From Coniocarpon cinnabarinum (taxonomy: Eukaryota): a stretch of 64,000 nucleotides of DNA. Both the position numbers and the translations under genes were made by a program. Positions 50,108 through 61,554 of the stretch are shown here, in pieces. The number at the start of each line of letters is the position of its first letter. Position 1 is the stretch's first letter. The stretch is taken from contig JAVECO010000089.1 in assembly GCA_051942205.1 (NCBI GenBank), positions 1 to 64,000 on the forward strand, read 5' to 3'. Below the pieces are notes generated by a model. That model had not been told where the DNA came from, ran no database searches, and worked only from the letters and a program-made list of their open reading frames with translations.

Positions 50108-51648
50108 TGAGTATAGAAATGGCTTGACATGGTGCGGAGATGTGCACTACACGACGATGTCGCACACCGCCCAGAGTGATTCAGTGATCATGCGGGAGGT
50201 AGGTAGAACGCCTTGAATATCAGCGAGCAAATCCCGATCAAATCGGCTTGTCAGGCACCTTCTGTTTTCAACCTCGTCCGCCTTTTTTGTGACCTGGTCT
50301 GTCCTCATGCGATTGCAACTGCGTTCACCAGTCCCCACGAAGCCACACGCTCTGACCGCCATCGCAGGTATCGGACTCATCTGCCGACAGCGTCCTCCAT
50401 TTATCAATCTCGAGTATGCATTCTGCATGAGCACTGGCCACCGCAAATGTCAAAATAGGTCGGGCCGCGCAGCAATAAACAGGTGCCTAAAGTCGCTGCA
50501 GCTATCGTTAGCACATTGTTTGTTCAAACCATAACATAAAGCAATATTGTACAAGTTACATTTGCTTTCGCAAACGTGAGCGATGCAATCAAGTTTGACA
50601 GAACAGCGAAAGTCATGATGCGGAACTTCTCAGGGGTTGTCTGATGCGTGTAACAGTGGGAGCGATGCTCCGCTTTTCTTCCATAGCTAGGTACTTACAG
50701 CATATGATTGTCCAGAGAAATGCGACTTGCACCCTTGGTTTCAAGCAGTCAGACTGGCTTCATGATAGCCCAATGAAGTAGAACAAGCAAAGCTTTTTCT
50801 TAAGTAATAGTCCGGCATTGAAAACCCTGAGGAGGTATTAGAAATTTGGGAAGTGATGCACTGTTCAGATTACAGCAGATCAATACTCGTAGATACTAAC
50901 CTAATATCTAGTGGCAATCCGGCAAGTAGAATATTAAGGTAATACTAAATTTCTTAAAGAATATTTGCTGTTCTAATTATAGCAGAGTAGTCGTCAGTAA
51001 TTTATCTTCTAAGTCTTGCAATAGTCCGGCGATGGAAAGATAAAGTTAATATATAAAATATATGAGGCTGTTTTGCTGTTAAAATCGCAGCTACTTAGCA
51101 TACAAAGTTTATGCCCTGAGCGCTGGCAGTATGCCAGCGTTCGCAAAATTGAGATATAGGTTAGTGTCTTGAGGTTTATTTGCTGTCAAGGTCGCAGCAG
51201 ACTACCCATTCGCGAACTACTATGCAACGTTCTTTGTGTTTTTACAATTGATTTCAGAGTGGATGTTCGGTACTGCGATTGCTGTTGAGATTACAACACG
51301 GTACAGTCGCTATTGCAATCAACATCATCAAGCTCATTCTTACACTTCGATATTGTTGAACAAGTAAGCAAGTGCCAGCTACTGTTCAGGTAGCGGCTAG
51401 TGACTATCTGACGTTTGATTGTCGAAATAAGTCAGTGCCCTGCCTTTGGTGGAATTACATTGGTGGCGGACATCCAAATGAACAGAACGTTGCTGTTCCT
51501 GGTGCAGCAAAGCACATCATGCTAATTTCGCCACTCAAGTCACTTACCTGCTCTCAGCTTTCTCAGTGTCTTGACCACGCACCAAAGGCGAAGGGCTTCT
51601 GTATTCTCCCAGAGAGATCTCACGGCCAGCATGTTTGTACCGACATTA

Positions 51649-53022
51649 TCAGCCCCCATCACTCAGCCGTCGAAATAAATACACTTGCACCCACTCGCCC
51701 TCACACTCTTCTACCGCCTCCTCGAATTCAAAGTCAGGACACCATATCCCAGTGCTCTGCACAACTATAAACCGCGCCTGTTCCATCTCACCCCAAAAGA
51801 CGTCCTCGTCCTCATGTCGTACCTTCATCGCCACCAGGACAAGCGGCTCGCTCTCTGAAAAGGCTAAGGAAGAGCGAGATAATGCTGAGAGCGTTTTAGC
51901 GAGTGATGGAGAGGTAGCTGGATTGTATGTGACATCGCTTGCCATTATGAGATCAAGAGACTTCCCTTGCAGGGATTTTGGAATTGACTTTGTTGGGCTC
52001 GACGCAGCGGCGACGTCTTCCCAATCCAATGGTACGAAAGCCGTTGAGATATGGTTGAGTTTGGGCATGTGATTGATATTGCTTAGCGCCATATCTTCAG
52101 CCTCAGGAAGGTCGGTCAGCGTGATATCGAGATGGAAGTTGCTCAGAGAATGGGTCAACAACGGGAGAAGCGTAGTCGTGAGCGATACAGAAAGAGGCGC
52201 GCAACCGCAGCCTAGTTCGAGTACGGTGAGCGTCTTTGGTGTCTCCAAATCCCTGCGCAGCTTGCTTTGTATCGTTTCTGCAAGTAGGGACAGAGAAGAG
52301 CCCGCCTTTGTACGACTTGTCGATTGCTCGAGCCCGAGAAAGCGAGGTAGAAATGCCGCAGTTGCAACGCCGGCGTCCCAGACGTGACTTGCGATTGAAG
52401 TGTTGGCGTTGGGCGGTGCTTCTCGTATTAGAAGATCATGGCCTTCCTCTCCTTTTGCAGTAGCTGATGCAGACACGTAAGGGATCCTTCGAAGGAACGA
52501 GGGATTGTCTTCGTCGTCATTTTGAGCAGAGGCATCGTGTCGTATCTCTGAGCCAAGAATAGACGGCATGATCATTCTCCCTTCTTCAGTGACTCGTGGA
52601 TGACTTTTACTGCTCGCCGTGATGCAAAGAGTGTACGAAGCTCGCTTTCCGTTCCATCCATGTGGCAAATCGAACGATACACGATGGTCCCTAGACCCTC
52701 CTCTCCACTCGACTTGTCGCTCCATGACTTTCAATCCTGAGCCATTACCGCCTGTTTGCTCATTTATTGCCGCTGCCGCTGTCTCTGCAGGATTGTTTCC
52801 ATTCGCGCTCCTTGCATGCTCATCTTCAAATTCAAGTTTGAAAAGCAAGCTTATATCATGATGGTAGAACGAGTCGCCCAGATCAGTGGTAATTGTGAAC
52901 AGGACCTCTATTGCAAGAGCTGAGCATTGTTCGGAGTCCTTGTTCTTCTTTCTGCGAGATCGGTCGTGGATGGAGTGCTTCGAGATGACGGAAGGGCTTT
53001 TCAGGAGACGTATGCAGTGCAT
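51649..53022 (-). CDS. Seven-beta-strand protein-lysine methyltransferase (METTL21/Methyltransf_16-like)
   Basis: MHCIRLLKSP, TITTDLGDSF, SIASHVWDAG, VLELGCGC, LTDLPEA, PLDWE, LIMASDVTYN, AMKVRH. Confidence 0.85.
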   Translation of the reverse strand: MHCIRLLKSPSVISKHSIHDRSRRKKNKDSEQCSALAIEVLFTITTDLGDSFYHHDISLLFKLEFEDEHARSANGNNPAETAAAAINEQTGGNGSGLKVMERQVEWRGGSRDHRVSFDLPHGWNGKRASYTLCITASSKSHPRVTEEGRMIMPSILGSEIRHDASAQNDDEDNPSFLRRIPYVSASATAKGEEGHDLLIREAPPNANTSIASHVWDAGVATAAFLPRFLGLEQSTSRTKAGSSLSLLAETIQSKLRRDLETPKTLTVLELGCGCAPLSVSLTTTLLPLLTHSLSNFHLDITLTDLPEAEDMALSNINHMPKLNHISTAFVPLDWEDVAAASSPTKSIPKSLQGKSLDLIMASDVTYNPATSPSLAKTLSALSRSSLAFSESEPLVLVAMKVRHEDEDVFWGEMEQARFIVVQSTGIWCPDFEFEEAVEECEGEWVQVYLFRRLSDGG

Positions 53023-53367
53023 GACAGCGATGCATCTTATGCCGAGTTCAAGGTTTTCGTCAAGGGACTTCTGCACCTGCAATATCGCATTAGAATTACT
53101 TACGATGTCATGGGCTCAGGAACGGCTTCTATGACTTGGACATTGTCGCTAACGATACGGCAAAATTTCGAAGCAGATGCACGCCGCTTGGAAAGGAACA
53201 AGGCGATGGCAAAGAAGGGACAAAACCTCCTCTGTCATTCAAGTCTATCTAGTGCGACGACAGAAACCACCGCAAAGCAGCCCACAAGTGTCTCCTTCGA
53301 CGCCTCTGAACAACGTTGTCCCACTGCACAGTACTTTTAGAGTAATGGAAGACCTCCATAGATATAT

Positions 53368-54696
53368 CTACAGCTGCAGCAAGGCCTGAGCACCCGGCTC
53401 ACTGCTGATATACAAGACGTCATGCTTGTCGGTGAAGCCATTGAAACGGGTCGCCGAGCACCGTGTATAAGCCCCCATATCCTCAAAGAAGAGCCAATCG
53501 CCAACATCAAGCGTGGCAGGGAAGCGAGCAGATTGGCTGATACAGTCGATGCCATCACAAGTCGGGCCCCAGATGGAATACTCGATCTCGCCTGAGCCCT
53601 CGCTGGCGGTGTGACACTTCAAGATCTGGGGGACTGGATGCTGGTGGTCGAACATGATGCTGCTGAAGTTGCCATAAACACCATCATTTAAGTAGAGCAT
53701 GTAGGAGCGCTCTGGCAATCCTCCAATCGTCGGCTCAACTGTGCGGCGTGCGATAATGTTGCATGCGATGGTGAATGCCGTAGAGACGTAGAAGCGGCCA
53801 GGCTCGCCAATAATGCGAACATTTGATGGAAACTTCTCCTCCAATGCTGGGGCGAGTACATCGGCCATGTCTTCAAACGTGTCGCCCACAAAGCCACCGC
53901 CAATGTCCAAATTTTTGAGCTCGAATCCAAATGCTGTAGCTTGGTCGAACACCCAACGAGCATCATCGACGGCCTTCAGAAAGGCGTTGGGGTCGGAAGC
54001 GCCGGATCCAACATGGAATGCAACTCCTACGACGTCGAGTCCAAGCTTTTTTGCCTGTTGCAATAAGTCAGGAGTGCAGTCCAGAGCAGCGCCGAACTTC
54101 AAGCTGAGCCGACACAAGCTGGCCGAGTCATCAGTCAGAATGCGGAGATAGAGCTGAGCATTTGGGCAGAACTGCTTTATCTTGAAGAGCTCATCCGCAT
54201 TGTCGAAGGTCATTTGGGTCACGCCCTGCTCGGCTGCATATCGGATGTATGATTTGGTCTTGCAAGGCTGCGCGTAGATGATGCGCGACGGATCGACACC
54301 AAGAGCAAGTACCGTTTCGATCTCTGCCTTGGATGCACAGTCGAAGCCAGTACCCATAGCTGCAAGAAGTTTGAGCACGTAAGGATCCGGGTTACACTTG
54401 ACAGCGTAATGTGGCTTGACCCGACCCAGGTTCATCTTCCATCGTAAATGCTGACGATAGACCTCGCCAAGGTCAGCCACGAAGAATGTGTCCTCATCAC
54501 CGGCTTCACAGGTATCCTGATCGAGGTCATTGATGCGGTTCTTCAAAGTCTGGTAGATCATTCGCTTGGATGCAATCGAGCCATCTTCCTTGCAACGATT
54601 CTCGTGGTCGCCATCATGCGCTGAATGCACTGGGTAATCAATTGATTGATTTTTGCACTTTGGTACAGTCCCGATGGCAGCTAGTGCCATTACCAT
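53368..54696 (-). CDS. SPE1: Ornithine decarboxylase
   Basis: FFVADLG, PHYAVKCN (PLP Lys), GFDCAS, LKFGA, FHVGSG, LDIGGGF, EPGRFY, YLNDGVYG, WGPTCDGID, MGAYT. First ATG at 54696 (MVM..). Confidence 0.97.
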   Translation of the reverse strand: MVMALAAIGTVPKCKNQSIDYPVHSAHDGDHENRCKEDGSIASKRMIYQTLKNRINDLDQDTCEAGDEDTFFVADLGEVYRQHLRWKMNLGRVKPHYAVKCNPDPYVLKLLAAMGTGFDCASKAEIETVLALGVDPSRIIYAQPCKTKSYIRYAAEQGVTQMTFDNADELFKIKQFCPNAQLYLRILTDDSASLCRLSLKFGAALDCTPDLLQQAKKLGLDVVGVAFHVGSGASDPNAFLKAVDDARWVFDQATAFGFELKNLDIGGGFVGDTFEDMADVLAPALEEKFPSNVRIIGEPGRFYVSTAFTIACNIIARRTVEPTIGGLPERSYMLYLNDGVYGNFSSIMFDHQHPVPQILKCHTASEGSGEIEYSIWGPTCDGIDCISQSARFPATLDVGDWLFFEDMGAYTRCSATRFNGFTDKHDVLYISSEPGAQALLQL

Positions 54697-54747
54697 ACAG
54701 ACAGGTAATGGAAAAGACAAGATACACTATGTCAAGCAAGAGTCGTG

Positions 54748-54927
54748 TCAAGGAGGTTTGAAGATATGGTAATCTGTGTTGATTTGCTGGGAACCCCTCC
54801 GCGGCGGCTCTTCCCCCAAGAGAGGAAGAGGCCCAGAGGACAGATTATGCGGCAGCTGAGAGTTGTAGAATCTTGAGAAGGGGTCTTGTTGCAAGAATTC
54901 AGACAAGATGTCCTGTGGTTGCTGAAT
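54748..54927 (-). promoter_or_regulatory. Putative AUU-initiated regulatory uORF (uCC) in the ODC 5' leader, 59 aa ending HIFKPP*
   Basis: The leader 55116-54697 contains no ATG. ATT at 54927 sits in a GTCAAG-ATT context. The frame is open to PP-TGA, 51 nt before the ODC ATG. Confidence 0.7.
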
Positions 54928-55694
54928 CTTGACCAGTTGGTGGAGGTAAATCGTTGAAAATGTGCGGGTAGGCTCGAGTCGCAACAATTTGAAGATCACC
55001 AAAAGGTGATGCTGAGGCCGCACTGGGTGAATTGAGTCGAAGATGCGAGAAGCGGAGCTTTCTCTGCTGTCGCAGAATTAGATCACTGCTATTGGTAGAG
55101 ATAAAAGACGTTGGTGCATTTGCGCAGTAGAAAAAGAGGCAGCAGAAGATGTTTTGATGACTCACAGCACCACTTTGGCAAAGCGCGGCCTGATCCGGCT
55201 GCTGCTCTGAGGCGACAAGATGCAGGCAGACGGAGTGTGTACCCTGCGGACTGCGGAAGAGAAGCAGGGAAAGGTGGATGCAGAGGATGGAATTTAACTA
55301 TTCGAAAATGTGCGTGGTTTTTGGGAGGGGTCGCGTCGGAGCCAAAATTTTTAGAACGTGGAAGAGGTGGTCCGAGCTTTCCCTTCTGTCTCGGGCCGGC
55401 ACTGCGATTCACTCCTTCTATGGAGCATCATGTATGTCTCCTGGCAACTGTTCATCTCTTAGCCAGATTCATTGCCACCTCGCCCTTCTTTGCCAGACAG
55501 ACGCCCTTGCGCATGTCCTAGCTCGTCAATCACCGTTGGCTGAGCCGACCCATGCTCGCCAAGAGACCCGATTTCTGCCATCGTTGTTCTTGCGCCGCTA
55601 TCTCGGACCTTATGCAGCTTCATTGAAAGGTGAGACGTTGCCTCAGCCGAACCAACAGTACGAGATCGTAGGTGCTGGCATGTGTAATTGTCGC

Positions 55695-56147
55695 TCAATC
55701 GCCTTCTGCTGTCCTATCGGTGTTTGGAAGTGTTGACAGGCGCACTGGATCTTGGCTGGAGGAAGGCGATGAATTTACATCTTGGGGAACTAGCGCCACG
55801 CCTCTCTCGGCGATCCTGAGTTGCTGGCCTGTGTGTCCTCCAAAGCGACTACTCGCCCGATACAACAGCGTGTCGTTGCGCGTCTTGATGCCCTGCAACT
55901 TACGTAGCAACGAGTTGTAGGCGAGTTGCCAGTCCCGCCTTGCATAACCCTCAACAACTAGTTGTTGACCCCCCGCTGTACTGATTTTCAAGATACAAAA
56001 TTTACATCCATCTGGGAACATATCTTGCAAATTTTCTCTGGCCTTAGAAGCGTCCATGAGGAGAATCTGAGAAGTGTAGTCTCTCAAGTAGCTCATCTTT
56101 TCCGCTGAAATGTACGGCACAACCTTCAACTCCCGTTCTGCAGGCAA
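55695..56147 (-). other. Coding-like ORF fragment of unknown function
   Basis: 150-codon open frame with protein-like composition. No recognisable motif, and the 5' exon is unresolved. Confidence 0.3.
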
Positions 56148-56859
56148 TGCTCGTTGAGCGTATTCTAGAGACTCGTCAGTGTTCTACAGCCTGATTCATT
56201 CAAAAGTGACTTACGCAAGAGCTTGTTCACGTAAGACTCGTCGGAGCATTGCGCTATCTCATGGATAGATACGAAAGTCGCATTCAAAGCTCGCAGCTCG
56301 TTTCGAAATCTGGTCTCGGCGTCATCCATTGGAGCCCGTTATCGACCAGTCCAAGTCAGTTGCCTATCTTCGCATGCATCTATGTGCTAATGTTGGAAAA
56401 GGCAAGCATACAAGTGTCCGCTCATGAAGCTCTGAACAGTGGCTTTGAAAAAAGCGGAAAGACTCAACTCGCACGTTTTATCGATTCATAGAGTTCCTAG
56501 ATCCGCGAAGGTAAGAAGCAAACTCACTTCTCACCTCAACCTTTTGATCACATGTAAAGATGCCTGCGCCTCTGCTTTCGTACAACACTTCAACAAACAA
56601 ATCAGAATGCGGCAGGTCAAAGCCTGCTACTAAGCAACTTCGGTCATAACATGAGCACAAAAGCCTATGGCCACTCGTCAAGGATGCTGTCTCGAAGAGC
56701 GTGAGGGTCAAAGTCTATGAAGGAACTGCTCATCTCTGCGTCCATGTAAAACTCAGTCTAGTCTTGGTGTACGTAGCCAGTATGGCTCACAGCTTCCAAG
56801 ATATCTAAGAGTGAGAAGAGTGAGTTAGTTTTACAATTTCCTGCGAAGTCTTGAAGAGT

Positions 56860-57531
56860 CTAGGTGTTGATGCTTGCCACGGTCAGAATGTTGGCAAGGT
56901 CTTGCACGTTCACAGGGTTGCCATATTGACACACGCTCCAATCTTTAGGGGCGGTCACACTGCCTGAGTTATAGCGCCGCTTCTACATATACTCCGCCGT
57001 ATCTACTCAGACACTCCTACAGGTTCAATCGGACTGAAGAGGAACAACTCACCACATCACACCTAATCATTTGGTCGATTGAGGCAGCCAGACAGGGGTG
57101 AGACGTAGGCACATTTAGCCCCCGGACTTGCATGAGCCCGCACGAGAGCCCGCACAATAGCCTGTTGTCGCCGTAGATGGTAGCGGTGTTGCCAGAACAC
57201 TCCCTAACGAGCACTGTGAAAATGAAACAGCTATCGGCGTATCGTTAGTCTTACCACGGGTTGCTGGCAGTGGTGTTGCTTACTCATCCACGCCACTTCC
57301 CGCGCTGTACGTGTCGATACCTTTACAGATGTCATCGACCTCCCCAATCGTGTCGTTGGAGTTCTATGTCAGCTGTGAATGCAAAGCGTTGATCAAATCG
57401 GTGTAGGAGAGCCATGTCGAGACATCCTGGAATTGAATGCCCTTCCAGCAACGGGTTTTTGGCGTAGGAACCGAAGGTGAGGGCGTTTGTGGGTTGGGAA
57501 TAGCAAGTGTAGCCGTCACAATGCCAATCAT
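56860..57531 (-). pseudogene. Decayed secreted lysozyme/transglycosylase-SLT-like gene
   Basis: MIGIVTATLAIP..STWLSYTDLIN..LT*NSNDTIGEVDDICKGIDTYSAGSGVD|DCFIFTVLVRECSG..GLMQV..SIDQMIRC..(frameshift)RYNSGSV..QDLANILT. In-frame TAG at 57366-57364. Confidence 0.5.
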
Positions 57532-59572
57532 ATCCCCTCTCGAGTCTTTGATAGTCAGCTTACTACGAAGCGAGGAAGAACAATTGATTGGACACCCAAT
57601 TTATGATGAAGTACATTATCGCCAAACAAGCTCTTAGCAGTGTCTTGAAAAGGCATGCATTCGCCCTAGCTCGTTTCTGATAAGCTTACAGCCATCCTGC
57701 CTGATGTGCAGGGACTTCGCCAATGGGCTGACCTACCAAGTCTTTAGCGGAAGCTGATGCTTTGACGGGGTACAAAAGACAGCCGAAGGGAATTTGCGTT
57801 TGCAAGTGAATACCATTGAAGGACGGGACTGCTTGTCAAGTGAGTATTAGAAGCCTCACAAGGACGAGGCGGCGATATCGCCATGCGCTTCTGAGGTGCG
57901 CACGTGTCAGTCGAGCTCGCCAGCTAAGTCACAAGCCGCGCAGTAGGATATGCAAAGATTTCAATAGCGGATGTTCTGATCTGCTTTCGATGGAGATGTC
58001 AAAGAACTTGAGTGGCAGTTACATTCAAAGGTCGCAAAGGTGTGCAGTAACACGGAGGGTGGTTACGTGCAGTTCCAGTGTTGCAATGCTCTCGTCCTTG
58101 TCAATGAATCCTAAAGCTAATGACTAGGTGGACTCCTTTTCGGCAATAATGCAATTGCGACATCGCAGGCGGACGGTGGAAATCAAAGAGCCGTTAAAGT
58201 CCTCTCTACTTCCTGGCATATTTACCCAAAACACAATGTCTTGCGAGTACACGAACACGTGTGCATCGCCCCTCTTCGCGTGAGCTGCAGCCTTGGGGCT
58301 GCAGAAGAAGATGTTGGGTATGCATGCATAAACGCATGCACCCAGCAGGGCGTCAAGCAGTGTATAGTAGATAACTGCCTTCAACGTAGCAGTAGCAATG
58401 AGCTGACCCAGCATTGACTCTCGCAAAAACACAGGCATTAGACCTCATGGTGCACTCACGTAGACTGTTCCTGGCTCAAGCAAGATCAAGAACTACCTAG
58501 TCACAAGCATGTGTGCCGCTCCTTGCGTATGTTAGTGGGCTTCGGTACTGCAATATTTACTGAAGCGGGAAACTTGACGCCCAATGGCAGTTCGTTTCAG
58601 ATGGCCGGAGACGGCGGGAAGATCATACTACTCGAGTGACGTGCAGAGAGTTCAGAGCTTCTTGTCAACCCCATACGCTGACAGAGGTGTTCCTGTGTCG
58701 CTCAAGCCTGGATGTTGCTGCGCCGCACAGCCTGCTCTTGTGTATGCAACGGGCGCCTATGTGCTGCACGAAGACGCACTGGACGTTGCAGATCCCGCCC
58801 TCCCCAGCTGCCTTCCCACGTCATTGCTGTGCGCCTCGTCTACGCGCGATGGGCTGAGTTGTGCTTCTTCCTTATCTTCATTGTCTATTTCTCACTACTC
58901 CGCTTTCATCTCGCGAATAGAACCCGCCAACCTGACAGCAGACAGGTTGGAATCGGAATCTGAAAAGCTTATCAAGATCAGGCCGAAGGATTCCAGGCAA
59001 TCGAGGCAAAGGTAAGCCGAAATTAGACTCTGGACACGCCCCGGTAGCAGTGCGGAGTCGTCTGAATGCGGCTCAACGCCAACAATACTTGTCAACTGTT
59101 AGCGCGTTGCCGATTTACCTGGTTCTTTCCCAAAAACGTGTCTCTTGCAACGCTTGTTCGTGATGCGAGTTTGAGGATCATAAGATCTTTCATTAGATCT
59201 GGTTCACACTTCGTATTGGCATGACCGGTCGAGAGGGAAGCAAACAGCATGTACAATGTGCTCTCTAGACACGGCTCGTCAACACGCCTGACGCCAAGGG
59301 GCAAGCCACAAAACGGGCGAACTCCCACCACTCACGACGTCCGGGATCAGACGGCACAGATACAATAATCATGAACTGACACATTCATAAGACAGGGCTT
59401 TTAATCCCTGTCCGTAATTGCTGACCTCTTTGAGGCTTTCAACAAACGTTTTTGCATTTCAATCCCCGCCAATACCGCCAAGGTGCCTACGTGCATAGAG
59501 CGATACATCCGCGACGCTCTCTCGACATCAGACGATTCTGATGACCCGGGCGATCTCATCGCAGGACGAACA

Positions 59573-60114
59573 ATGTCCGAGAAGACTCATTCGCGGTCGT
59601 CTTCGGTGGAAGCTCCCCTGAAGATCACACCCACCGCAGACGTTGAGAGAGACCTGCTAGGCTTGAGAGCGCAAATACTGGGTAAGCAAGGCTGTCAGGT
59701 TGCGCGCAACTATCAGACATGGGCCTTTTTGACGTATCAAAACAAACCGACTGACATTGACAAGACAACATGACGGTCTGGTACAGTCTCAAGCACCCAT
59801 CTAAGAAGTTTGACTTCAACATCATCACATGCAGCTATCAGCCCCCTGCCACATCGAATATCCGAAGTCTGTACTCAGCGATGGTCGTCGCCACTGTCAT
59901 CAACGAGAGAGGCGAGAGAGAGATACATTCTAAGCATGACATTCGTAGTAGTCGCGATGGCTACAAAGAAGAGCTTGCGAAAACGCGCATCGAAGCACTC
60001 GAGACGTTGCTAGCTGATTTGGAATGGCGTATGGACATCGTCATGCACCAATATGATACGAAGCTGAAGAGAGCGCCACGGGTCAGCTTGATGCATTTGC
60101 CGTTTTCTTTGTAG
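59573..60114 (+). CDS. Hypothetical protein, 2 exons
   Basis: ATG at 59573. Intron 59682-59764 (GTAAGC..ACTGAC..AAG) joins ORF 59770 in frame. Confidence 0.55.
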
Positions 60115-60559
60115 AGCTAACATCCCCTTAGGCCGATCGAAAACCCTGGCAGTGAAGTCGGGACCTGCATCGATCCAAAGTGACTGAAGCAAGTGGCGTT
60201 CGAGAGGTGGTTGCACTGGCAATGTCGACGATTCTATAGAAACCGTTCACGGAGGCTTCGGAGATGTAGCCGTATTGTTGCCCTGTTGTGGACTCTTCTT
60301 ACCGACATCATTTGGGACGGTACAGCTGTATTTTCAAAAGGCATACCTACAACTCTCACCTGTATAAGTACAAAGCAAAGACGAAGAGGCGTGAACCTGG
60401 TGACTATGGGTCTTAATTCGCCGCAACGATAGCCTGGATCGTGTATAGGAATCATGCAGTATGTTGTAGCTACGAAAGCATGGCCTTGTACTGTGACGAG
60501 AATCAGGCCATTCTTTCTCTGCTTGCGAAAAGCTCCCCTTGATACGCAGGAGTATATGC

Positions 60560-61256
60560 TCACCGCACAATACCCTCGAACCGATTCTTGAACCACTTGA
60601 CAGTCTCGGCCTTTGTGACCTTGTGCGAAGCGCCGATCTTTGACTTCCTCCTGCGCCGCCTCGCAACACGTTCGCCGGGTCGAGTCCTGGCAAGACATTA
60701 GTTTGAGTTGTATCAAAACTTGATTGTTGATCCGGAACACTAACATGCAACAGTAGAAGTCCATGCCGTAGATACCGATTGCTGGGTCGTATTTGATACC
60801 CAGATCGATGTGTTCGCTGATACCGAAGCCGAAGTTGCCAGTCTCTGAGAAATTACGGCTCCTCAATTCGTATTCCTTGACCTTCAAACCGCGCTCAAGA
60901 ATTTCTTCGGCCTTCGGTCCGCGGACAGTGACGTGAACTGCAATCTTCTCATTACGACGGATACCGAATGTTCGCACGGTGTAGCGCGCTTTGCCTGAGA
61001 GAACATCAGAGATTGCGGTGTGTTGTTGCTCACACAAGAATCGACGCACTGTAGACTGGTGTTTGACCGCTCAACTGCTCCAGCACTTTTGCCGCACGAG
61101 TGAGTCTGTCGCCAGATTCACCGACTGAGATGTTCAAGACGAGTTTTTGGATGCGGAGTTCCCGCATTGGGTTCTGGCTTTTGTCTTTACCCTCAGGCTG
61201 TTTGGGCTGCGTTAGCACTTGCGAAGACAATGAGACATTAAATCTGTACTTACCAT
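60560..61256 (-). CDS. RPL11: 60S ribosomal protein L11 (uL5)
   Basis: ATG-only exon, then [99 protein letters not shown]. Confidence 0.97.
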
Positions 61257-61554
61257 CTTTACGACGAATGTGTGTTGTCGCTAGCCTCTGAGAGGATTCT
61301 GCTGTTGAAGTCAGTTCTGCTGCACCGCTAAACGCTTGTGTGGGTTTCGAAATGTGCCAAGGCGGAACATTCCGTCAGGTCTCTCTGCCTAGACCTGAGC
61401 TTCATCGTGACTTGAATGCCTACGATTTTGCAGAGCTCCTACGCGCGCCTGGCGCATCAAATTCTGCAAGATTGAAGCTTTCCACTCACGAAATTCCACA
61501 GCATATCACGCGCCGCCTACTCATCGCACTGGACATCCCTGAACAACCATCAAA

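Noticed and set aside
60360..60563. Possible terminal RPL11 intron or intronic snoRNA
   Set aside because: Spliced or not, the protein ends R*. I found no convincing box C/D or H/ACA motifs.
60234..61049. 271-aa ORF suggesting a C-terminally extended RPL11
   Set aside because: Artefact of reading through introns. The spliced gene gives a normal-length uL5 ending FEGIVR*.
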